A DNA stretch of 39,228 bases from Octopus bimaculoides (GCF_001194135.2 NC_068998.1:11627780-11667007); one strand, 5' to 3'. Shown: positions 12,680-24,142, counted from the stretch's first letter. Numbers and translations: made by a program. Notes: a model not told the origin generated them from the sequence alone.

Positions 12680-14025
12680 GGCGGCGAGCTAGCAGAATCG
12701 TTAACGCACCGGGCAAACAGCTTCGCAGCAATATGTCTGTCATTACATGAGTTCAAATTTTGCCGAGGTCAACTTTTTCCTTTCAGCCATCGGGGTTGAT
12801 AAAATAAGTATCGTTTGAGCACTGGGAGCGATGCGATCGAATTTCCCCTTCCCGCAAATTGCTGGCTTTGTGCCAAAATGTGAAACCAATATTTTATTTT
12901 ATTTATATTTGACGATGAACGAGCAGAATAGTTAGAACGCCGGGCTGAATGCTGAGCGGTATTTCGTCCTTCATTACTTTCTGAGTTCAGATTTATCCTT
13001 CCAAGATCGATAAGTACCAGTTGAACACTGGGATCGATCTAACAAACTAAGCCCATCCCCCGCGACTGACTGGCCTTGTGCCAAAATCTGACAACAAAAT
13101 TTTACTTATTTATAGGAATTTTTCTAGGTAAAATCTCCAGTTTTTTTTTATGTCTTCACTTAACAATAATCATTGCCATCACGAGATGTTCAACATTCCC
13201 ACGTTTTGTGCTGTTTCCATCTTAAACGAGACTATCTCTTGATGTTCTAATAACAGGGGTTCCCAACCTTATCGTGTTTTTGGACCCCCTGAGAGCTATC
13301 TTATCAAGGTGTCGTGCAGTGGGACTGAACCTAGAACCGTGTGATTGGGAAGCAAGCTTCTTACCACACGGCCACATTTGTTTAAAATGTTGTCACAAGG
13401 CTAGCAATTTTAGTGGGGGAGAGAATTAGTCGATCACATTTACATCAGCTTTAGACTGGTACTTTTTTATTTTATCGATCTCGGGCAAGATTAACAGCAA
13501 AATCGATCTCGACGGCAATTGAACAGGAAACGTAAAATGCAAGAAGAAATGCTTCTAAACACTTTGTTCGAGAATCACAAACAATTCTGCCAGCTTACCG
13601 CTTTAAACACTTCCAATAATCCTTTCTACTATAGGCACAAGCCTGAAATTTGGAGGAGGGGTATAGTCGATTATATCAACCCCAGTGCGTAACTGGTACT
13701 TTTTTTTTAAGTATAAGTTTGAAAGCTGAGTCAACGGAAATGAGTTGAAATTTTCAGGCGGTTTAAATGCACAGGTGTCCGATATCCAAAATGTCAGCAG
13801 AATGGAACCCAGGAGTCATGACCTGTATACGACCCGTAAGAAGTTAAGGGCCGCAACGCTTGCCTGAGTGGGGGTGGGGGGAGTGGATTCTCCTCCGAAG
13901 ACCTTCTGTTGTTCAGCTCTCTTGAGAATCTCTTACCACTGTCAACCCCGAAAGGATGCAAAAGTAGAGTTGACCTCACCGGAATTTGAACCCAGTGCGT
14001 AAAAATGGACAAAGGGTCGCTAAGC
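12680..14025. mobile_element. Cluster of family B SINEs (12680-12891 +, 12911-13098 +, 13390-13603 -, 13615-13708 -, 13940-14025 -) plus a family A fragment (13305-13377 -)
   Basis: Each segment aligns by eye to 24143-24360 or 28247-28410. Confidence 0.7.
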
Positions 14026-14274
14026 TTTTATATATACATGCATATGTGTGTGTGTGTGTATAAATAGATATACACACGCATACACACACACACAAACACA
14101 CAAATATACGCACACACAGCTCTATGAATGTCAGTAGACCATATTAGAGGATGGATCTTAACTATGTCTCATCTACACCTACAGACTATTCACATCTAAA
14201 GGCTTGTCACTCTTTAAATCACTTCTCAGTTCGTAACGAAGTTACTGAGGAGTTCCTCTCTGTATGCGATGAAT

Positions 14275-14495
14275 TCATTTCGTACAAGTGGGTTGTGAGT
14301 TCAATTCCGATTGAAAGTTACAGCGTATAATACTTTCGATCAGAGTGATTGTTGGAAAATCCATACAAATAATACCAAACCGTTTCTTGGGTTTCTTTCC
14401 TTGTAAGTATTCCTGGAGTCGAGGGTTGAGACGATTAGCTACGGCCTTAGGCCAAGCCCAGAAGCTGGTTCCACTGGTGTAGGTTATATAGATAA
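14275..14495 (-). CDS. PI-PLC coding exon 2 (terminal; aa 212-284 plus TGA)
   Basis: A polypyrimidine acceptor TATTTTGTTTTTTATTTGCAG| (AG at 14497-14496) is phase-compatible with the exon 1 donor (G+TT = Val). It reads VIYITYTSGTSFWAWPKAVANRLNPRLQEYLQGKKPKKRFGIICMDFPTITLIESIIRCNF..., the typical C-terminal barrel strands of this family, including the conserved MDF aspartate. Stop TGA at 14277-14275. Confidence 0.9.
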
Positions 14496-16004
14496 CTGCA
14501 AATAAAAAACAAAATACGAGTGGTCCTAAATACATCAACATTGTTCATAATTGTTGTTACTGTTAATTATTTTATTGCTGTTATATATTTATGCTGTGGT
14601 GAGAAGATGGGAAGATGGGAAGGCGCGTGGTTTAGTGTTTGAGATATTGCACTACCGAACGTCGTTTCACTTCTCGGAGCGGGCGGTGTGTTGTGGTGTT
14701 GGGCATAACACTACATTTCACGTGAAGTGACGGTTTCGCGGTTTCCTTGGCGCCGGTCCGTCGCAGGATTGTTCATTTTTGCCAGCTGAGTGGACTGGAG
14801 CAACGTGAACTGAAGTGGTTTGCTCAAGAACACAACGTGTTTCCCTCAGTCCAAGAATCGAAACCACAATCTTACGATCATGAGGCCAACAGTCTAACCA
14901 CTATGCGACGCGCCTCTACCATCTAACGATAACAAACAGATAAATATATATACATGTGTGTGTGTGTGTGTGTGCTTGTATATTTTCCCCTTTGCCATGC
15001 TTCTGTCAATCATAATTATGCTTTTAGCAAAAAATATGAGAACTATTTTTATTTTCTATATAGAATATTAGAATATGCAAGCTACTTGAAATGCGTATGC
15101 GGACTTTAGCGAACCGTTTCTACACGCTCTTCCAGCACTTATATAGCGAACAGTCTTTCTGAAGAAAATTATATTCAACCAATGAGCTGAAATTTGAACA
15201 ACAAACGACGAGTAGACTACTCACGAATATATAAATATGTTTATACAGCGTTCCGTTCGTATATTCTATCCCAGTACTTCTATGTGCCGTAGTCTGCTTA
15301 TGGTTTGTTTGTTGTTCAAATTTCAACTCGCTTAGCGAATGGATGCGTTAGTAAACCTTATACATGGGCATAGTCTGTTCGTTGTTCGTTGGCCAAATTT
15401 CAGCTCCTTATGCGAGTTTAATTTTCATTAGAAAAACAATTCGTCATTCAATTTATTCGTTTAGAGAACCGTTTGTATATGGGTACCCCACTGTATATGT
15501 AAAGCGGTAAAAACTATTTATGGATCATCCTGTATATTCTTATGGGGAACTTTCGTTAATAATGTGCACAGATGAAAATGTGAATTAGAGATATCTCATA
15601 AACGTTAGTAGAGATTAAAAGAAGGAAAACAAAGAGGAATTGAACGAGAAAGATGCAGCAGACCTAGAAGTCTATAGTTCAAAAAACAACAATACAATAG
15701 ACCCAGAAGGCCAAAATAAAAAAGAAATAATAATATATAGATTTTTTCACACACAAAAGGACAACTGACCAAAACATAAAAGTTAGCTACACGCTGTAAA
15801 AACACATTAAAAGAGATTTTCGCGGAAACCCAGAGTGATTGTCCACCATCAATATAAATTGCAATTAAGATTCAGGCGCATAGCATGAAAACTATGTTGT
15901 ATATGTGAAAAATAGCTGTACATGGTGGATACATTATTTGTGGGCATCATTCCAAGAACGAGAATATTCTAGAATGAAAGAAATAATCGTGATAGTTGTT
16001 ATTG

Positions 16005-16215
16005 TCTAACGCCAGCAGCCTTGTTCGATTAAATCTAATATCAAAGGTATTCCAACCATGACCGTCCCAGCTTTTTTTGTTCAGCTATTGTGTATCCTGG
16101 ACTATATTATGTATGTGTCTTTTATATGTAAATATAAAATGGTAAGGTGTGATTTGAAAGAGATTTGGTTGCTATTTCTAGCGACCTGATAGAAGCTCCT
16201 TCGTTGGCTTGCAAC
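16005..16215 (+). repeat. Dispersed repeat family E (unclassified)
   Basis: Shared core ...GTGTGATTTG..GAGATTTGG.TGCTATTTCTAGC... with copies at ~2520-2730(-), 12415-12570(-), 20920-21001(-) and 30700-30835(+). Confidence 0.55.
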
Positions 16216-16631
16216 ACAATAGAATTCATAAAAGGGAAATTTATTAAGAATATTTTCAACTAACATTTAATAGAATTCGATAAATATATAATACAAAACT
16301 CACATTAAAATCCAAATCCAAATCCAAGCAAAACACAAACATAAGCGAAGAAAGAAAAAGAAAACGGAAAGAAAAAAGAAGAGGAAAAATAGGAAGAATG
16401 AAAACGAAGCAAAAAAAAAAAACTACCAATTCAACACCAAGTGCCTTAATTGGTCGCACACCAAAATGTTCAAGAGATCCTACTGAAGCAAGGGAATAAT
16501 TGTTAACTTGCAGCTGACCATTCTCTCAGCTCCACCTCCACCCACACGCTCCCCTTCTGCGTTTAACCGTTATACTCACTCGCAGTTTGTTCCATGCCTT
16601 TTGCTATTCCCAAAATAGCCGCGAACAGACG

Positions 16632-17530
16632 TACGTGGCCTGATCAATAAGTATCCGGACTGTTGGCATAGTAAAGAAGTTAAAGCACGCAGAGTAAAGT
16701 TGCTTGATACACGTTGATCTTGAACTCTGTTGCACATGCGCACTAAGTTTTAACGTTCTAGCTCAGTTCCGCTGTTTACAGCAGTGCTTGGAAGGTAGGT
16801 GTGTAGCGTGTGATCGTCGCATTGATAATGATAGAGAAAATTGAGCAGAGAATCTGCATCAAATTTTGCCAAAAGCTTGGCGATACTTGCTCAGAGGTCT
16901 ATGCAAAGTTTTCAAAAAGTTTTCAGCGTTCTCGACACAATCAACACGATCTTGTGCAACTGAAACCTGAGTCTTTTTGGTCAGCCGAAAGCAGTTTTGG
17001 CACAAGCTTGGCAGATACGCATCTCATACCCAAATATTCAGTGATAATGGAGCGAACTGAACCATAACTAATCTGCACATCCTCTGATAACTCACAGATG
17101 GTGATTCGACGATTTCCCCTCATATCTGCGATGTTTTTCTCAGTTCTGCTGGTTGCAGGTCCCCCAGAACGTTTGTCAATATCGCCATTTTTTCGGCCAT
17201 CTTGGAAATATCTGAACCACTCGTACGCTTGTGTGCGGCTCATACACTCCTCTCCATACACTTTCTGCAGCTTTGCGTAGGCCGCTTTGCGTAGGCTGCT
17301 TTGCAGGTATTGCCATGACAACTTTCATTGTCATGGTCAATGTGACGATCACACACTACACACGTTCCTTCGAAGCACCGCTGTAAACAGCAAAAGTGAG
17401 CAAATACGTTAAAACTCAGTGCGCAAGCACAGCAGAATTCAAGATCAATTTGTGTCGAGAGGCTTCACTCTACGTACTTTAGCTTCGTTACAATGGCAAC
17501 AGTCCGGATACTTATTAATCAGACCTCGTA
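16632..17530. mobile_element. Non-autonomous mariner derivative made of two inverted 5' ends, TA-flanked
   Basis: TA at 16632-33 and 17529-30. Ends are CGTGGCCTGATCAATAAGTATCCGGACTG and (rc) CGAGGTCTGATTAATAAGTATCCGGACTG. The + arm encodes the transposase N-terminus MIEKIEQRICIKFCQKLG. The - arm encodes the HTH region (VYGEECMSRTQAYEWF...RRITICELSEDVQISYGSVRSII...SAKLVPKLL) and stops just before the first catalytic Asp. Confidence 0.88.
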
Positions 17531-17841
17531 GATGCCCTCTCGGCCCTCCCAACTCTACCAAAAGCAGTGGCACCCAGTCGTATATATATTTTTTGTTCCT
17601 ATGAACCCCTTTGATTCCTCTTTTACTCTTCTGGACCCCCATAGCCATTCGATGTCAAGGATTTGAACACTGCACATAGAATCAGAAGAAACACTACAAA
17701 GCATTTTCTCCGATGCTCTAACGATGCTGCAAAAGAATTGTTTTGTAATTTAGCCAGCAATTTAAGAGGTGGGAGGGCATCGATTATACCGGCCCTAGTA
17801 TTTGACTGGTACTTTATTTTTATCGATTCCAGTATGATGTT

Positions 17842-18090
17842 GGAGGCGCGTGGCTTAGTGGACAGGGCGTTAGATTCATGATCATAAGATTGTGGTTTCG
17901 ATTCCTGGACCGGGCGACGCGTTGTGTTCTTGAGCAAAATACTACATTTCATGTTGCTCCGATCCATTCAGCTGACAAAAATGACCAATCCTGCGACGGA
18001 CTGGCGTCCAACCCAGTGGCGAATATATTCGCCACGGAAACCAGAAAATCCGCCCTATGAGTCTATGAGACCCTATGAGACTCGGGAATG
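17842..18090 (+). mobile_element. SINE family C-related copy (intronic)
   Basis: GGAGGCGCGTGGCTTAGTGG...GGTTTCGATTCCTGG...TTGAGCAA...CCTGCGACGGACTGGCGTCC. Relatives at 14621-14723(+), 14727-14916(-), 18806-19075(+), 19712-19990(-), 20030-20234(-) and 34293-34356(-). Confidence 0.75.
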
Positions 18091-18488
18091 GTCGTTATCC
18101 TTTTATCCTATCCAATATGATAAAAGGCTAAGTTGGTATTTTTGTTCGACGCTCTAGCGAGTCTGCCAATCCTCAGCCTCAAAGGCAAAGCTGACCTCGA
18201 CAGGACTTACACTAAGAACGTAAAGCGCTGTGACTAAATGCTTCAAGACAATTTGTCCGCTTCTAATAATTCAACCAATCAGCCACTCGTCTCATTGAGG
18301 CTCAGATAATATTAGAAAATGTCCTAGTTTTTAAATCCGATTACAACTATAAATTATGCTAAGTACAGAGATAAATTCATTCGCCGGTTGTCTTATATAT
18401 ATAAAGTGAGATGTAACGATTTGATATTCAATAGATATCATCCATTATTCCTTCTAGTAAAACAACTGAAAATTTGGTCAACCATATC

Positions 18489-18491
<3 letters not shown>

Positions 18492-18576
<85 letters not shown>

Positions 18577-18583
18577 TGATGAC

Positions 18584-18627
<44 letters not shown>
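18492..18627. repeat. (TAA)n followed by (TGA)n
   Basis: Direct inspection. Confidence 0.95.
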
Positions 18628-18628
<1 letters not shown>

Positions 18629-19271
18629 AATAAAATAATACGTTTACAAGATAATGTTATATGGCGGAGAAATGCCGACTGTACTTTTAGTATGGGATTA
18701 TAACAGATTTGAGAAGGGAGCTAAATGCGTCTACTTTAAATTAAAGTATTTATTTATTTATTTATTTATTTTACTTACTCATTGAGCAGGTTTCTTTACA
18801 AAACGACATGTTGGGCTCACGATCGTTAGATCAAAAGTTCGATTCGCAGACCTGGCAGCACATTGTGTCTTTGAGCAAGACACTTCCTCTCATGTTGCTG
18901 CAGTTCACTCACCTGAAAATGAGCACCTGCTGCAGCTAGGACGAGGTTTAACTCTGCGACGGACTGGCATCCGTTCAGTGGCGGAAATGGAGAATTATAC
19001 TCTCTGGCGTCTGAAAGCCTCGAAAACCCGGTTAAGCTTGTGATCCTCTGGGCTCCAGGCAGACAGTTGTAACAGCACACTTGAAGTTCCGCAAGCGTGA
19101 AAGATATGTTTTTTTCCCCCTCTTTTATCCTTTATTGCTGTTTCATGCTGCATTGCACATCGGTCCTACTGAGGACAGTCCCAACAGAACATCATTTGCT
19201 GACACTTCGCCCAACTCTTCTCCACTTCTGGTAAAAACGAACACAGTGAATGCTTTCTTACGTAGCTGATT

Positions 19272-19321
<50 letters not shown>

Positions 19322-19390
19322 NNNNNNNNNNNNNNNNNNNNNNNNNNNNNNNNNNNNNNNNNNNNNNNNNNNNNNNNNNNNNNNNNNNNN

Positions 19391-19446
<56 letters not shown>

Positions 19447-20730
19447 GTGGAGGAAGAAGGAAAGAGTAGAATCCACATTTATTTCAGGTCTGATACTTTA
19501 TTTATCGACCCAGAGAGAATGAAGGCAAAATTGACTTCCGCAGGATTTGAACTCAGCGCAGAGAGCCGGAACAAACACCCAATGACCAATGACAACTACA
19601 GTATGTACCTGTCGGAGCAGTATTTGAGTTTGCAGACACCACTCCATGCTCTGGGGCAATACAGCTTTTACAGCAACAATGCCGACCTAATAAAAGTGTT
19701 GATCGTGGTATACAGCAACCCACCTCAACACCGTCAGTTTCGACGATGAGGCTTCCAATCGATCCGATCAACGGAACAGTCAGCTCGTTAAATTAACGTG
19801 AATGTGGCTGGGCACTCCTCAGACACGCGTAGCCCTTAACGCAGTTCGCAGGGAGATTCAATTCAGCGTGACACGTAATGTGACAAAACTAGCCTTTCTG
19901 AATTAGATGTACAGCTCATTTTTGTCAGTTGAGTGGACTGGAGCAAAGTGAAATAAAGTGTCTTGCTCAAGAACACAACATGCTGCCGGATATCGAGTCT
20001 TTATGCATACATATAAGCAACGGAGTTTCCCAGTTTCTGTGGTGCATATATTCTACCCCGGGTGGACTGCCAGTCCGTCGCAGGATTATTTAATTCTACC
20101 CGCTGAGTGAACTGGAGTAACATGAAATGAAGTGTTTTGCTTAAGACCACAACGTATCACCCGGTCCAAGAATCTAAATCACTGTCTTACAACCACGAGT
20201 CCAACACCCTTGACCACTAAGCCACGCGCCTCCACGGCATAGTCAAGTATTAGGTTTTCAGAACGTTAAAGCTTACGGGAGACCCAAGTTATCATATAGG
20301 ACCGAGGGTNNNNNNNNNNNNNNNNNNNNNNNNNNNNNNNNNNNNNNNNNNNNNNNNNNNNNNNNNNNNNNNNNNNNNNNNNNNNNNNNNNNNNNNNNNN
20401 NNNNNNNNNNNNNNNNNNNNNNNNNNNNNNNNNNNNNNNNNNNNNNNNNNNNNNNNNNNNNNNNNNNNNNNNNNNNNNNNNNNNNNNNNNNNNNNNNNNN
20501 NNNNNNNNNNNNNNNNNNNNNNNNNNNNNNNNNNNNNNNNNNNNNNNNNNNNNNNNNNNNNNNNNNNNNNNNNNNNNNNNNNNNNNNNNNNNNNNNNNNN
20601 NNNNNNNNNNNNNNNNNNNNNNNNNNNNNNNNNNNNNNNNNNNNNNNNNNNNNNNNNNNNNNNNNNNNNNNNNNNNNNNNNNNNNNNTGTGTGTGTGTGT
20701 GTGTGCGTGCGTGCGTGTGTGTGTGTGTGT

Positions 20731-20920
20731 GATTGTCCTCCATTACCGTTTGACAACCGGTGCTAGTGTGTTTACGTCCTCGTAACTTAACGGTTCGGCG
20801 GAAGAGAACGATAGGCTAGGCTTAAGAAATAAGTCATGCGGGTCGATTTGTTTTACCAAAACCCTTCAAGGCGTTGCTCCAGCATGGCCGCAGTCAAATG
20901 AGTAAAAGAATAAAAGAATG
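20731..20920. repeat. Dispersed repeat family D (microsatellite-associated; ends in AGTAAAAGA repeats)
   Basis: TTGACAACCG.TGCTAGTGTGTTTACGTCC...GCTCCAGCATGGCCGCAGTCAAATGA. The same terminal motif occurs at 27677-27697. Confidence 0.5.
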
Positions 20921-21461
20921 GAAAAGATGACAGCGGCTGGAACGCTTATGGTTATAAGATATGTTCCCTTTCAAGGCCGACCTAGGGTTAAACAACAACA
21001 CCACCTTAAATTGCTATATTGCAGTTACTATATTATAATCTAAGTATTTTCCTGGGGTTGGTTCCAAAGCTTTCTAGCTTGGTAATTTTTCCAAACCAGC
21101 GGTGGTCACCTTGGCCAACACACCCCGAATTAAACAAACATTAAATTTAAATTTGCTTGGACAATTAAATGAAATACAGGTGCCTGTTACATAAGTGTAA
21201 ATTAGCGTGGACTATAAGAGGTGCCGAACCATTAATGTTCGGAAAATTGGTGTTGTACCCGTATAAGCATGTTGTTGCTTCTGTGATTACAGTACTGTTG
21301 CATGGATATTGTGTTGGAGCTATACTGTACGCTATATATTGGACAGGCCAGATTCGACGGAGTTGGCATTTGTCGGCTGGTTTAGCATGGGTTTACGATT
21401 TCGAGGTAGCCTATCTTCCTCAGGTAGAAACGATGGAGTTAGCGTTCTGTGAATAAATGAT

Positions 21462-21499
<38 letters not shown>

Positions 21500-22250
21500 T
21501 TGCTTATATGTATGCATAAAGATACACGTTCATACTTAAGTATGTGTGTGTGTGTGTGTGTATTTATATATATCAAATATATGCATATATGTATACATAC
21601 ATACATAAATAAATATATATATATATATATACACATGTATACACATACACACGCATATGTATAAATACATGCATGCACATATATACATATGCACATACAT
21701 ACATAGTTACATATATATGCATACATACAAGAATATACATACATATATACATACACACCTGTATTTATATAGACACACACACGCATACATATGCATACAT
21801 ACAAGTATATAGCACACACATACATACATACATACGCACACACACACACACACACATCGTTCTAGCACTTTTATTCTGTTCCATCACTTGTAACTACTTC
21901 CTATATATTACATGTGCAATTACAAACCTGTTACGCATGCATAAATCCTATGTACTTAGCAGTGATTACTATAATACTTAATAAGCAGATTGAAATGGGT
22001 GGTGGTGGTGGTGGTGGTGGTGGTGGTGGTGATGGTGAAGAGGGGAGCTACATTTCATATCGGGTCTTTTAACAGGTTTATTAGGGGCCTGACATAGGGA
22101 ACAGTACGATAGGTACAACACCAATCGTAATTATTGTTGGCGCTGAATTGTTGATAACTGGAAATATGCACTTTAGAGTACAATGGGTACGGTACCACAC
22201 AGTAGGTACTCTGTAGTAGTTAGTAAAGGCATTAGTAAAATCCAACTTAC

Positions 22251-22884
22251 CGGAACTTCCCTCGTCCTCACCGGAAGCGTCGAGTTTACGTTTGACATGC
22301 TGCCATTTGTGTCCTATGTGTAAGTCCAGAATTGTAGGCACCTTCCAGTGGTCCTCAATTGAGAACATGTCACCATTGTAATCCAGTCCGTACGCGGATC
22401 CCCGGAAATCTTGCAAGATAACAATTTTGCCACGGATGTCTCCAAGAATGGGTATAGAAGAGAAGCAACTCCAAATTCGACCGTCCCTGATGTACTGTTG
22501 GATAGACGCCTGGAACGTTTCTTCAAAGGGTCGGCTATTTTCAGCCGACTGAAATTCCTTCTTAATACGCATAATGATTATCTCTGTCGGGTAGTCTATT
22601 AAAAAGCGAACGATCTCTCGCAGAACCATGGGAAAATCAGCATGTTGGTATTTAATTCCGTGGTGTATTGGCAACCCGTTACGATAATGTCGACAACGAA
22701 TATCTAAGAAACGTATGCCTGCCTGTAGTTGTGAATATAACAACCAGTGTTGACACTCTGCCATGTCTCCGCCGTAATGAGCCATCGTGTTGTGTGTGCC
22801 TGGCACGGTTAAGTGTGCTAGCGATGTTTGATCTGAGAGTGTCGACATCCAGTCGGTGTTGTAACGACTGGGGAAGTTTAACAT
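22251..22884 (-). CDS. PI-specific phospholipase C, bacterial-type X-domain (1-phosphatidylinositol phosphodiesterase-like), coding exon 1 (aa 1-211 plus 1 nt)
   Basis: The translation has the B. cereus/Listeria PI-PLC motifs in order: DWMSTL..SLAHLTVPGTHNT, QLQAGIRFLDIRCR, LPIHHG, FL..YPTEIIIMRIKKE, DIRGKIVIL, EDHWKV. Homology ends at ...GGA AGT TCC G|GTAAGT, a consensus donor (GT at 22250-22249). The true 5' end is uncertain. Confidence 0.93.
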
Positions 22885-23521
22885 ATCGACTGTGGGTTGA
22901 CTGGAACAGGAGCCCTCGATGGGAACATGGTGCTCCTTTCCCTGTAGTCTCCCTAGTCTGTAACCGGCCCGAGGCCGGAGGCAATAGACATATGTAGATG
23001 ATGTTTAGACACAACAGTACAAGGTGAGTGCCACTACTACACTGCTGAACTGCAATGGATACACTCGTTAGCAGCAATATAAGAAATATTGATTTTGGCT
23101 TTTGCCATAAAACGTTTTTTTTTTATTTCCTTTTCTTTATGTTATTTTTTTTTCTCCAACTGATTTTCAACTTGTTACTATTAAAACACGAACGTGTGCT
23201 GTGAATTGATCGTCCTCCCTTGGGTTGGTGGTAACGCTGTCTGTTTTCTTCCCTCATTTAGATAAGAGTCTGTTGATATTGTACGTTCTATTGGAATTTT
23301 CTAATAAATCATTGTTATGAATCACAGCCTCATTAGGAATCCTATTGTCCGGTTTTAATATTGAACAGAACAGAATGAAACGAAAACATCGGAAACAGGT
23401 TTCGATGTCGGTTTGCTTTTATCTCGTGTTTTCCCTTTAATAGAAAAAAAAATAGTAAAAATAAAAATTTCATCCTCGTACGTCGTAGCTGAGACAGATT
23501 TGACAGGAGAGTGAAGAAAAA

Positions 23522-23559
<38 letters not shown>

Positions 23560-23878
23560 NNNNNNNNNNNNNNNNNNNNNNNNNNNNNNNNNNNNNNNNN
23601 NNNNNNNNNNNNNNNNNNNNNNNNNNNNNNNNNNNNNNNNNNNNNNNNNNNNNNNNNNNNNNNNNNNNNNNNNNNNNNNNNNNNNNNNNNNNNNNNNNNN
23701 NNNNNNNNNNNNNNNNNNNNNNNNNNNNNNNNNNNNNNNNNNNNNNNNNNNNNNNNNNNNNNNNNNNNNNNNNNNNNNNNNNNNNNNNNNNNNNNNNNNN
23801 NNNNNNNNNNNNNNNNNNNNNNNNNNNNNNNNNNNNNNNNNNNNNNNNNNNNNNNNNNNNNNNNNNNNNNNNNNNNNN

Positions 23879-23943
<65 letters not shown>

Positions 23944-24142
23944 ATATATACACATACACACAAACACATGTATATATACACACACATACACACACATACA
24001 CACGCATACATACATATATAATTATATATACATACACATGTATACACACACACATACATAATTATATACACACACACACATTGTACTCTACCCAGTTGTA
24101 CTCTGCACAATCATCAGCTGGATGATTATTTTGGCAGAATAA

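Larger units (their letters stand above)
14496..22250 (-). other. Spliceosomal phase-1 GT-AG intron (7,755 nt) of the PI-PLC gene
   Basis: GTAAGT donor and TTGCAG acceptor join two halves of one domain in frame. The interior is SINEs, a mariner derivative and microsatellites. Confidence 0.87.

Noticed and set aside
21246-22125. 14-bp inverted match ATTGGTGTTGTACC (21246-21259 versus 22112-22125)
   Set aside because: A few such matches are expected by chance in a 39-kb window, and it does not extend.
22081-22250. Read-through C-terminus of the 267-aa ORF (GKLDFTNAF...MSGP)
   Set aside because: Family homology stops at a consensus GTAAGT donor, and the missing strands are supplied in phase by exon 14495-14275.
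14275-22884. Bacterial contamination as the source of the PI-PLC
   Set aside because: The gene is split by a phase-matched spliceosomal intron and embedded among host SINEs and microsatellites.
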